A DNA stretch of 64,000 bases from an uncultured Actinomycetota bacterium (lineage in GTDB: Bacteria; Actinomycetota; Actinomycetes; Propionibacteriales; Propionibacteriaceae), in assembly GCA_963832435.1 (NCBI GenBank), contig CAWHTY010000022.1, forward strand, positions 22,312-86,311, in the 5' to 3' direction. A program made the position numbers and the translations under genes. Numbering within the stretch: the stretch's first letter is position 1; each line of letters opens with the position of its first letter. Below are positions 43,126 through 53,061 of this stretch, piece after piece. Below the pieces are notes generated by a model, which saw only the letters and a list, made by a program, of their open reading frames with translations, did not search any database and had not been told where the DNA came from.

Positions 43126-45066
43126 CTACCCGGTCGCCGCGACCGCGTCCTCGGCCGCCTCCTTGGCGGCGGCCTTCGCAGCCTTCTCGGCAGCTTTCTC
43201 GGCAGCCTTGTCGGCAGCTTTCTCGGCAGCTTTCTCGGCAGCCTTCTCGGCTGCTTTCTCCGCAGCCTTCTCGGCGGCCTTCTCGGCGGCCTTTTCGGCG
43301 GCCTTTTCGGCGGCCTTCTCGGCGGCCTTCTCGGCGGCCTTCTCGGCGGCCTGCTCAGCCTTGGCTGCGGTCTTCTCGGCTTTCTCCGCGGCCTTCTCGG
43401 CCACCTTCTCGGCCTTGTCGGCGGCTTTCTCCGCCGCCTTCTCGGCTTTCTCCGCCGCCTTCTCCACCGGCTGAGGTTTGGTCACTTTCGGCGGCTTGGT
43501 GACCTTCGGCGGCTTGGTCACCTTCGGCGGCTTGGTCACCTTCGGCGGCTTGGTCACCTTCGGCGGCTTGGTCACCTTCGGCGGCTTGGTCACCTTGGGC
43601 GGCTCGGTGACTTTCGGGGGGGCCGGCGGCGCGGTGGGCAACGGATCGGGGCCGGCGCCGCCGGTGGGCGGGTTGGGCGTGGTCGTCGGCCCCGATCCGG
43701 GGGCGACCGGGACCGCGGTCGTCGGCTGCGGCCGCACGGTGCCCGGAGTCGACGTCGGGGGCTGGGCGAGACCGGCCGGCTGCTTCGACGGCATGGCTCC
43801 CGGCGTGTCCACGACGGCAGTGGGGCGGTCGGTCGCCGCCGGTACGTCGCCGCTCTCGGTCAGCGACGCCGGCGCCACCCGGCCCGCCGGGACCTGCCCG
43901 GCCCGGTCCGACCCCACCAGCGCGGCGGCGATTGCACCGGAGTGCGTGCCCGGCTGGTCATCGCCGGCGGGTCCGCCGCCGTCCCCACCGACCTTGTCCG
44001 CCAGGGACCCGGCGACCGCGGGTCGGGTCACCAGGGCCGCAGCCACGGCAGCCCCGCCGGCCGGCTGCCCGGGGCCGATGACGTCGTACAGGCCGAACCC
44101 CGCGACCACGAAGAAGACCGCGGCCAGCAGGCTGGACACCACCGGGCGAGCCCGCTGGCGGACGGGTACCCGGCGGCGCAGCCGGGTCACCTGCAGACTG
44201 GGCGAGATCTCCACGAACGGCGCCGGTACGGGACGACCGATCCCCAGGACCTCCTCGATCGCCGCCCGCATCTCGTATGCCGACTGGTAGCGGTCAGCGG
44301 GCAGCTTTGCCAACGCCTTCAGCACCACGGCGTCGATCGCGGCGCCGACGTCGGAGTCGAGCTGGCTCGGCGGCTGGGGCTCGACCAGGAGGTGCTGGCA
44401 GACGATCTCACTGTCGTCGCCGCCCAGGAACGGCGGCCGGCCGACCAGCAGCTCGTACAGCAGACAGCCGGTGGAGTAGATGTCGCTGCGGAGGTCGGAG
44501 GGCTCGTTGCGGGCCTGCTCGGGAGCCAGGTACTTGACGGTGCCGAAGCCGGCGAGCGCCGCGGACTCGTCCTGCGCCGGTCGGGCGATGCCGAAGTCCA
44601 TCAGCTTGACGGTCCCCTCCGGGGTGACCATCACGTTGCCGGGCTTGACGTCCCGGTGCACCAGACCGGAGGCGTGGATGTGGGTCAGGGCGTCCAGCAC
44701 CCCCGCGGTCAGCCGCAGGGCGCGAGTCGGGGTGAGGTGGTTGGCGCGCAGCAGCGAGGCCAGCGTCCGACCGTGCACCAGCTCCATCACGATGTAGGGA
44801 GTCGACACCCCGGTGCCGGGGTCGTCGTCCTCGCCGGTGGCCAGCACCTTGACGATCGCGGGGTGGTCCATCCGGGTCGCCGAGCGGGCCTCGCCCACGA
44901 ACAGCCGGCGCGCGTCCGGGTCGCCGACGACCTCGCGGTTGAGCCGCTTGATGGCGACCGCCCGGCCGAGCCGGGTGTCCAGTCCCAGCGACACGTCGGC
45001 CATCCCGCCGCGTCCGATGGCGTGGCCCAGGCGGTAGCGGCCGCCGACCAGTGTCTGGTCGCCCAT
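43126..45066 (-). CDS. Membrane Hanks-type Ser/Thr protein kinase with long repetitive C-terminal tail
   Basis: GRGGMADV, VAIKRL, HRDVKPGNV, DFGIA, YLAPEQ, DIYSTG; TM VVSSLLAAVFFVVAGFGLY. Confidence 0.9.
   Translation of the reverse strand: MGDQTLVGGRYRLGHAIGRGGMADVSLGLDTRLGRAVAIKRLNREVVGDPDARRLFVGEARSATRMDHPAIVKVLATGEDDDPGTGVSTPYIVMELVHGRTLASLLRANHLTPTRALRLTAGVLDALTHIHASGLVHRDVKPGNVMVTPEGTVKLMDFGIARPAQDESAALAGFGTVKYLAPEQARNEPSDLRSDIYSTGCLLYELLVGRPPFLGGDDSEIVCQHLLVEPQPPSQLDSDVGAAIDAVVLKALAKLPADRYQSAYEMRAAIEEVLGIGRPVPAPFVEISPSLQVTRLRRRVPVRQRARPVVSSLLAAVFFVVAGFGLYDVIGPGQPAGGAAVAAALVTRPAVAGSLADKVGGDGGGPAGDDQPGTHSGAIAAALVGSDRAGQVPAGRVAPASLTESGDVPAATDRPTAVVDTPGAMPSKQPAGLAQPPTSTPGTVRPQPTTAVPVAPGSGPTTTPNPPTGGAGPDPLPTAPPAPPKVTEPPKVTKPPKVTKPPKVTKPPKVTKPPKVTKPPKVTKPPKVTKPQPVEKAAEKAEKAAEKAADKAEKVAEKAAEKAEKTAAKAEQAAEKAAEKAAEKAAEKAAEKAAEKAAEKAAEKAAEKAAEKAAEKAADKAAEKAAEKAAKAAAKEAAEDAVAATG
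43150..43466 (-). repeat. 12-bp tandem repeat encoding (AAEK)n
   Basis: GGCCTTCTCGGC-type units on the + strand over about 320 bp. Confidence 0.9.
43477..43620 (-). repeat. 18-bp tandem repeat x8 encoding (PPKVTK)
   Basis: GGTCACCTTCGGCGGCTT units. Confidence 0.92.
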
Positions 45067-45128
45067 GAGTTCGATCCCCCGAAGTCCCCCGTGCAGTTCC
45101 CCGTGCCCGGGGCCCCCGCACGCGTACT

Positions 45129-46417
45129 TCACCCCGAACCGGATTTATCCTCACTCGGGGAATATTCAGTTGGGGAGAGGCTGGGCCGTTCGTCTCGCTG
45201 GCTGGACGGATCGAGCTGGTCCTCGATGGCTGCAGGACCGGAGACCGCAAGCCCGATCAGCAGCAGCGGGAGGCTGAGTCCGGTCAGGGTGATCAGCGGA
45301 ACCGTCCAGCTGCCGGTCAGGTCGTGCAGCAGCCCGACCCCGAACGGGCCGAGGGCGGCGACGAGATAGCCGAGCGACTGGGTGAAGCCCGACAGCGCCG
45401 CAGTGCCGGCCGGCGTGTCGGCCCGCAAGCCGATCAGAGTCAGGATCAGGGGGAAGGTGCAGGTCCCGACACCGATGACTCCCGCCCACAGGGCGGCGCC
45501 GGCCACCGGGGCCACGACCAGGCCCAGGTAGCCGACCGGGTAGCACGCCACCAGCCCGATCACCAGCGGCGCCGGGCTCCGCAGCCGGGTCGCCAGGGTC
45601 GGCACCAGCAACGACACCGGGACGCTGATCCCCGTGACCAGGGCGAGCAGCACCCCCGCGGTGGTCGGCGAGAAGCCGGCGTCGCGGTAGATCTTGGCGA
45701 ACCAGCCGAAGATGGCGTACGCCTGCAGGGCCTGCAGTCCGAAGAACCCAGCCATCAGCCAGCCGAGCCGGGTCCGGGCGACCGCGGCGAGCCGGATCGG
45801 GGTCGTGCCGCCGGTCGACTCAGCGTGGTTCCGATCCACCCGCAGCAGGCCCAACCAGGGGATGACGGCGACCGCGGCGGTCAGGGCCCACGCCCCGAGC
45901 CCGGCCCGCCACGTCCCGTACGCGTCGCTGATCGGCACCGTCGAGCGCCGACGCGACGGTCAGGCCGAGCGCCGACGTGGTGGAGTACACCGCGGTCAGC
46001 AGCCCGAGACGTTCCGGGAAGTGCTGTTTGACCAGCGAGGGCAGCAGCACGTTGGCGGTCGCCATCCCGGCCAGCGAGAGCAGCGACAGGACCAGGAACG
46101 GCCCCATCGACGGCACCAGGCTGCGGAGCAGCTGACCGGAGCATCACGGCGACCAGGGCGACCACCGTGGCCCGGTGCGGACCGAGCCGCCGGCCCGCCC
46201 GCGGGGCGAGGGCCCCGAAACCCGCGAACGCCAGCACCGGGAGGGCGGTCAGCACCCCGGCCTGCGCGCCCGACATGCCGAGCCCGGCCTGGATCTCGCC
46301 GAGCACCGGTCCCACCGACACCGCCGCCGGACGCAGGTTGAAAGCGAGGGTCACGATCCCGACCACGATCAGGGCACGCGAACCCCGCCCGGTCGGACGG
46401 GAGGGCTCGTCGGTCAC
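45129..46417 (-). CDS. CynX/NimT-family MFS transporter; two frameshifts (about 46135 and 45945)
   Basis: AFNLRPAAVSVGP, LTALPVLAF, ANVLLPSLVKQHFP, FFGLQA, LSGFTQSLGY. Confidence 0.85.
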
Positions 46418-46463
46418 CGGCCGAGTGTGCCAGGAGCCGGCGGCGCCCCGACCCGGCGTGGGT

Positions 46464-46505
46464 CGTTGAGCCCTCGTTGAGCCGGCGTTGAGCCCCGGGT
46501 GAGCG
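46464..46505. promoter_or_regulatory. Direct repeats with 11-bp period in the divergent cynX/luxR intergenic region
   Basis: CGTTGAGCC at 46464, 46475, 46486; degenerate GGGTGAGCG at 46497. Confidence 0.65.
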
Positions 46506-46559
46506 GCCCGCGGATGCTGAGGTGATCTCGACCCGCCGCCGGAGAAGGAGATCGCGACC

Positions 46560-47183
46560 ATGACCAGCACGCCCGTCGCCACCTACGTCCACGCCCGGGA
46601 CCCGATCTCCCAGGCCGGGGTCGTCGCCCAGCTGCGGCAGCGACCCGAGATCAAGGTTGTGGAGTCGGCGCCGGAGGCGACCGTGGCGGTGATGATCACC
46701 GACACCCTCGACGAGGGCAGCACCCGCGAGCTTCGGGCGCTGCGCAAGGACGGCCGGCCCCGGCTGATGCTGGTCGCCACCGTCGTCGACGACGCGGCCC
46801 TGGTGGCCGCGGCCGAGGCCGGGGTCGCCGGGCTGCTCCGGCGGTGTGACGCCAGCGCCGACATGTTGGTCCGCACCATCGTCAAGGTGGCCGCCGGAGA
46901 GGGGGAAGTGCCGCCGGATCTGCTCGGGCGGCTGCTGGAGCAGGTAGGCCGGCTGCAGCGTCAGGTGCTGGCGCCCCGCGGCCTCACCTTCAGCGGCCTG
47001 ACCCCGCGAGAGACCGAGGTGCTCCGCCTGGTCGCCGACGGGCTCGACACCGGCGAGGTCGCTCTGAAGATGTGCTACAGCGAGCGCACCGTCAAGAATG
47101 TGCTGCACGACCTCACCACGCGCTTGCAGCTGCGGAACCGGACGCATGCGGTGGCCTACGCGGTCCGGGAGGGGTTGATCTGA
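46560..47183 (+). CDS. LuxR/NarL-family regulator with degenerate receiver domain, eCIS-adjacent
   Basis: LTPRETEVLRLVADGLDTGEVALKMCYSERTVKNVLH..RNRTHAVAYA; N-terminus lacks the acidic DD pocket. Confidence 0.88.
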   Translation: MTSTPVATYVHARDPISQAGVVAQLRQRPEIKVVESAPEATVAVMITDTLDEGSTRELRALRKDGRPRLMLVATVVDDAALVAAAEAGVAGLLRRCDASADMLVRTIVKVAAGEGEVPPDLLGRLLEQVGRLQRQVLAPRGLTFSGLTPRETEVLRLVADGLDTGEVALKMCYSERTVKNVLHDLTTRLQLRNRTHAVAYAVREGLI

Positions 47184-47200
47184 CCCGATCCGTCCGGTGA

Positions 47201-48331
47201 ATGATGGGAGCGCCGCACCGGCGTCCGGAGGAGGTGGTCCCGATCGACCTCGTCTGTGACGCGTGCGGAGAGAGCAACCCGCCGGGCACCGAGTTCTGTC
47301 GCAACTGCAACAGCTTCCTGGCCTGGGACCGGTCGGCCGCGACCACCGCGCCGCAGCCCGTGACCCCACCGGTCCACCCGGTGGGCGCGGCCGCCCCGAC
47401 CCCCACGACGGTGGCGGCCGACCCGCCGACCGCGCCGCTCCCGCCGCCGGAGCAGGCCTACCCCGACCCGGGCAACGAGCAGGCCTACACCCAGGAGTAC
47501 GAGCAGGGGTACAGCCAGGACTACGAGCAGGGGTACGGGCCGGGGGTGCCGCCGGCGGAGATCAGCTGCCCCGGCTGCGGGACGGTGAATCCGGGCACCC
47601 GGCGGTTCTGCAGCCACTGCGGGTACGGCTTCTTCTCCGAGCAGTGGGCCGATCCGTACGCCGACGGGGAGCTCTGGTCGCCGGCCAGCATCGCGGCCCG
47701 CGACCGGGAGGCGCGGCGCGCCTACCGGCGGTCCCTGCCGCCGCTGTACCGCTGGCGCCGGGTGCTGATCACGGTCCTGGTCGTCGTGCTGGTCGGTGCG
47801 ACGGGGGTGCTGCTGCGGCAGAACCCGGTCCGCCTGGCCAAGGACGGCTGGTACGGGCTGACCAAGCGCTACGTGCCCGTGAACGGCGTCCAGGCGCGGG
47901 TCGAGCCGGCGGAGGCGACCGCGGCCGGCTCGGACCCGGCGGCCCTGGTCGACCGCTCGGTCAAGGAGTGGACGATGAACTGGGCCCCGACCGCGGAGTC
48001 CACCTGCGGCGCCGCGGAGGGGACCGGCACCGTGGTGCTGTCCTTCCCCCCGACCCGGATCCGGCGCATCCAGATCGTCCCGGGACTGGATGCGAGCAAC
48101 CCGCAGCGCGACCTGCAGCCGCTGCCGCGCACGCTCGGGATCAGCTTCGACGGCGGGACCTGCCAGCCGGTCGCGCTGTCCCCGGCTCCGAACCCGGCGG
48201 TGGTCAAGCTCGACAGCGGACGGCCGGTCACCGAGGTGCGGATCGGCATCGGCGCCACCTTCCCCGCCGGCGCCGACGCCCAGCCAGTGATCAGCCTGAC
48301 CGAGGTGAGCCTGAAGGCCTACCCGAGCTGA
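47201..48331 (+). CDS. Double zinc-ribbon bitopic membrane protein with C-terminal beta-sandwich (eCIS-associated)
   Basis: CDACGESNPPGTEFCRNC and CPGCGTVNPGTRRFCSHCG, TM VLITVLVVVLVGATGVLL, discoidin-like tail; start may be 47235. Confidence 0.75.
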   Translation: MMGAPHRRPEEVVPIDLVCDACGESNPPGTEFCRNCNSFLAWDRSAATTAPQPVTPPVHPVGAAAPTPTTVAADPPTAPLPPPEQAYPDPGNEQAYTQEYEQGYSQDYEQGYGPGVPPAEISCPGCGTVNPGTRRFCSHCGYGFFSEQWADPYADGELWSPASIAARDREARRAYRRSLPPLYRWRRVLITVLVVVLVGATGVLLRQNPVRLAKDGWYGLTKRYVPVNGVQARVEPAEATAAGSDPAALVDRSVKEWTMNWAPTAESTCGAAEGTGTVVLSFPPTRIRRIQIVPGLDASNPQRDLQPLPRTLGISFDGGTCQPVALSPAPNPAVVKLDSGRPVTEVRIGIGATFPAGADAQPVISLTEVSLKAYPS

Positions 48332-48359
48332 GACCCGGCCCGGCCGCGGCGGGGGAGCC

Positions 48360-49933
48360 TCACGGCGGCGGATCCGGCTGCCCGGCCACGCAGGACGTCG
48401 TGCCGGTGACGGCGGCGATGTCGGGACAGCGGTTCTCGGCGTCCACCTGGGTCGGGAACGGCCCGAGGTAGACCACCCAGGACTCGGGCAACGGGGTCGG
48501 CAGGGGTGTCGGCGGCACCGCCGGGCGGGGTCGACGCGTCGGCCAGCCGCAGCCGCGGGATAGCGCGCGCTGTCCAGGTACCGGCCGTCCAGGCCCGCGG
48601 TGGTCAACTGCTCGGACGCCGCCCGGGCCCGCTCCTCAGGGTTGTCCGCGCGCAGGAAGACCTCGGCCACCGCGATCCAGGCCTGCTTCATCAGGGGATC
48701 CGTGTTCGGGTCGCCCGGCGTCACCGACGGGGTTGGGGCACTGGAGGTGGTGGGGGGCGGTGGCGGGGAGCTCGGGGCCGCCGTGGACGGCGCCGTCGAC
48801 GGCTCCGTGGGCGGCGGGGGCGGCGGGGTGGGAGACGGCGACGGGGGGGCGGGCGCGGTCCGGGCGCAGACCTTGTCCGACACCGGACCGGTGAGCCCGC
48901 CCCGTGTCACGCTCATCCGGAAACAGGCGTCGGCGTCCGCGGGCAGCCCTGTCACCGTGGTGGAGCTCAGGGCGCCGTCGAGCTGGTTCACCTGGGTGAC
49001 GCTGGCGTCGTTGGCGGGGTCCACGCGTTGCAGGTTGTAGCGCTCCGCCAGGTCGACCTTGTCCCAGCTGACCTTCACCGAGTCCGGGCCGGCCGGCTCG
49101 ACCCGCAGCTGCGGGCGCGGCGGCGAACCGCGGCTGGCCAGCGCCTCCTCCGGGGTCGGTGGCCGGACCGCGATGTAGATGATCAAGCCGGCCACCGCCA
49201 GCAGCACCGCGGCGAGCAGGGTGATCAGCGCCCGGGAGATGATCGGCCGCTGGTTGAACGCGGCGTCGACCACCGGCCGCGACGGGTCACCGTAGCCCTG
49301 CCCCGGCGGGCGGGGACCCGCCTCGGCGTCCAGCCGTTCGCCGGCGACCTGGAACGGGAGCCGCACCGGCGTCCCGCGCAGGAACGGGCGCCGGGTCCGG
49401 GCGCTCAGCCGGACGGTGGCGTGCGCACCGGGCGGCAGGTCGACGTACTCCGGGCTGAGGTAGAACCCGAGGGCCTGGTCCGGGTCGCTGGCCGTCATCC
49501 GCAGCTGGGCGTGCGCGTTCCCCCAGTTGCTCAGCTGGATCACGTGCCGGCCCCGCCACACCCCGCTGGACGTGACGGGGATGATCTTGGCCTCCAGGCC
49601 GTACACCGCGCCGATCTCGAGGTCGCCCTCCGCGACGGCACTCACGTCGGCATCCACCGTGGAGCGGGCGATCACCCCGAACGGCACCAGCCCGCTGGGA
49701 GCCTCGGGGCCGGACGGCGGGGACAGCACCACGGCGGCGGTGGCCTCCTGCTGCGGGTAGACCGACACCTCGGGGGGCACCACCTCCGCCCAGGCGGCCG
49801 CCGGGCCGAGCACCTGCAGCCAGTAGCCCTCCACCAGCGTCCCCGGGTTGGTCATGGTCACGGTGAACCGCGCCTGGCCGCCGGGCTGCACGGAGGCGCG
49901 GTCGGTGTCCAACCTGATCAGGGGGTCCACCAC
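48360..49933 (-). CDS. eCIS-associated membrane protein (Ig-like/COG1470 N-terminus, TM, FN3, Pro linker, SPOR-like tail); frameshift near 48550
   Basis: SVQPGGQARFTVTMTNPG..VEGY, RHVIQLSNWGN, TM, VKVSWDKV..YNLQR..VTGL (FN3), WVVYLGPFPTQVDAENRC; stop at 48360. Confidence 0.72.
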
Positions 49934-49957
49934 GAGTGGAGTCTAGAGTCGCCGCCG

Positions 49958-49988
49958 CTGCCCGAACGGGCAGAGCGGCCTGCCCGCA
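49958..49988. promoter_or_regulatory. Operator copy 1 (palindrome plus half site) between divergent eCIS genes
   Basis: CTGCCCGAACGGGCAG-AGCGGC-CTGCCCGCA. Confidence 0.7.
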
Positions 49989-50042
49989 GGTCGGCGCCCG
50001 GACGGGTGCCGGACGCGGCGCGGGATTCCCCAGACTGACCAG

Positions 50043-50932
50043 GTGATCCACGAGGTGGACTCGGCCCTGCGTGCCCTGATCGAGCGGGAGAGCGGCATCC
50101 GCGACGTCGAGGTGGTCTTCGACGCGCCCACCCGGGAGTGGGCCGGCCGCCGCACCGCGCCGACCGTCGACGTCTACCTGTACGACATCCGGGAGGATCT
50201 GCGCCGGCGCTCCCGCGGGGTGCTCAACTCCTACGACGAGAAGCAGACCCGGATCATCGGACGGCACCTGCCGCCCCGCCACTTCAAGCTGTCGTACCTG
50301 GTCACGGCCTGGACCCAGCGACCCGAGGACGAGCACCGGCTGCTGTCCTCGCTGCTCGGCGCCTTCCTGCGCTACGACGCGCTGCCGGCGGACCTGCTCT
50401 CCGGGCCGCTGGCCGAGATCGCGCTGCCCGTCCCGCTGACCGTCGGCCTGCCGCCCCCCGAGGACCGCGGATTCGCCGACGTCTGGTCCGCGCTGGGCGG
50501 CGAGCTGAAACCGTCCATCGACGTCGTGGTCAGCGCCCCGATCGACACCGGTCAGCAGCTCGAGGTCGGACCGCCGGTGCTGGCGCCGCCGAGGTTCTCC
50601 ATCGGCGGCCGGGGCGGCTTCCCCGGCACCGAGGACGCGGCGCTGGGACCCGACCGGGCGGAGGGCCAGCGGGCCGGCGACGCGGCGGTGACCATCAGGG
50701 GGCCGCAGCCGTATCGCCGACCGGCCGAGGAGCCGGGTCGGACGGGTGGTGGTGTGCCGTCCCCCCTGTCCCGGGGCCGGACGCGCCGACCCCGCCGGGT
50801 GATGACCGCCGGGCGGCCCGGCCGAGGCAGGCGGGGCGGCGGGGCCCGGCCCGCGCCTCGGGCCGCCGGTCCGGCGATGCCCGTCGGGTGTCGATCCGCC
50901 GCCGTCGCTCACCGACGGGGGAGGCGGGATGA
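50043..50932 (+). CDS. DUF4255 / Pvc16-Afp16-like eCIS cap protein (3' end uncertain)
   Basis: MIHEVDSALR, VVFDAPTREW, TVDVYLYDIRED, LSYLVTAW, EDEHRLLS, VWSALGGELKPSID. Confidence 0.85.
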
Positions 50933-53026
50933 CCTCGGTCGAGACCAGGACGGCGACCGGGCGAAGCGTCCCTGCGTCACCTGCTCGGGCGGGCGGCGCT
51001 GGTGGAACGGCGGGTCCGCGGCGTGGTGGCCGAGCGCCGGGCCCAGGACCCGAACCCCGACGACCCGTTCCGCGGGCTCTACCTCAGCGACGACGTGGTC
51101 GACCAGCTCCTGGACGAGACGCCGGCGCTGGCCGTGACGATCGACACCGAGGCGCTGGCTCAGGTCGAGGCCGCCGCCGAGCGCGCGGCCCATGACGGCG
51201 CCGACCTCCGGCTGCGGCGGCTCGCCGACCGCGCCGGTCTGCTCCCGGTCGACGTCGAGCTGCTGCTGGTCGCCCTGCTGCCCGACCTGGACACCCGGTT
51301 CGAGCGGCTGTACGGCTACCTCAACGACGACGTGACCCGGCGGCGTGCCTCGGTCGGGCTGGCGCTCCAGCTGGTCGGAGCCGGGGGGGTGGCCGCCGCC
51401 GAGCGGTCCCGCCTGGAACCGAGCCGACCGTTGCTGCGCTACGGCCTGCTGGCGGTCGAGGACGCCGACCGGCCGGTCCTCACCCGCGGGCTGCGGGTCC
51501 CGGACCGGGTGCTCGCGCACCTGCTGGGTGACGACGCGCCGGACGCCGCGCTGCCGGGACTGCTGCGGACCCCGGTGGCCCACCGCAGCCCGGCGGCGCG
51601 GCAGCTGGCCCGCGCGCTGACCGCCGGGGTTCGCCTGGTCCATCTCCGTGAGCACGTCGCCGGCACCGGCAGCGCGGCGGCCGTGGCGGCGCTCGGAGAG
51701 GCCGGGCTGGACGCGGTCGTGGTCGACCTCGGCCGGCTGGCCACCGCGGCGGACCCGCTGAGCGTGGCCGCACTGGCCGGCCGGGAGGCCCTGCTCCGCG
51801 GGGCCGGTCTGGTGGGCGGCCCGGTCGAGGCGGTGGCTCAGGCCCATCCTGCGGCGCTGCTCCGGCTGATCGAGTCGGCGCAGCCCGTGCTGCTGGTCGG
51901 CAGCTCCACCTGGGACCCGGGCTGGGCACCGACGGGGCCCCTGGTCGTCGACGCGCCGACCCTGGGGGTGCCCGAGCGGGTCGAGGTCTGGCGACGCGAG
52001 CTCACCGGCGCCGGGGTGAGCGCGACCCCCGAGCTGGACGCCGAGCTCACCGCCGACGGCCTGCCCGGGCACCTCGCGCTCGGCCCCGACCAGATCCGGC
52101 GCGCGGTCCATGCCGCCCGGACCACGGCCGAGCTGCGGGACGGCCGGGTGCGCGGCGACGACCTTCGGCGCGGGGTGCGGGCCCAGAACGCGGGAGGGCT
52201 GGAGCGGCTGGCCCGCCGGATCGAGCCCGAGGTGCAGTGGGATGATCTGGTGCTCACCCCCGCGGTCCGCCGCGCGCTGGTCGAGGTCGCCGGCCGGGCG
52301 CGGCACCGGGACACGGTGCTCTCAGAGTGGCGGATGCGGCGCGGCGGAGGGCGGGGCCGGGGTGTCGCGGCGCTGTTCGCCGGCGACTCCGGTACCGGCA
52401 AGACCATGTCGGCCGAGGTGATCGCCGCCGACCTCGGACTGGACCTGTACACCGTCAACCTGGCGACGGTGGTGGACAAGTACGTCGGGGAGACCGAGAA
52501 GAACCTGGAACGCATCTTCAGCGAGGCCGGTGGGGTCAACGCCGTGCTGTTCTTCGACGAGGCGGACGCGGTCTTCGGCAAGCGCAGCGACGTGAAGGAC
52601 GCCCACGACCGGTACGCCAACATCGAGTCGGCGTACCTGCTGCAGCGGCTGGAGACCTTCGACGGGCTGGCGGTGCTGGCCACCAACCTGCGGGCCAACA
52701 TCGACGACGCGTTCACCCGGCGCCTGGACGCGATCATCGACTTCCCCACCCCCACCCCGCCGTTGCGCCGGGCGCTGTGGGTGCGGTGCCTGGCCAGCCC
52801 GCTCCCGGTCGAGGACGACGTGGACCTCGACTTCCTGGCCGAGGCGTTCGAGATGGCCGGCGGGAACATCCGGTCGGCCTGCACCACCGCGGCGTACCTG
52901 GCCGCCGCCGCCGCTTCGCGGGTGACCATGCCGCTGGTCATCGCCGCGGTCGAGCAGGAGTACCGAAAGCTCGGGCGGCTGGTGCTCGAACGCGAGTTCG
53001 GGCGCTACTACCCACTCACCGGTTGA
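50929..53026 (+). CDS. eCIS AAA+ ATPase (Afp15/Pvc15-like) with N-terminal winged-helix region; frameshift near 50965
   Basis: DPNPDDPFRGLY, FERLYGYLNDD, WDDLVL, FAGDSGTGKT, VVDKYVGETEKNL, FFDEADAVFGKRS..DAHDRYAN. Confidence 0.92.
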
Positions 53027-53061
53027 GATGCCACAGTTGGAGAACGGTTCAGGAGGTCGAC

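Noticed and set aside
43150-43620. Tandem repeats as a CRISPR array
   Set aside because: No unique spacers, unit lengths are multiples of 3 inside a coding frame, and no cas genes are present.
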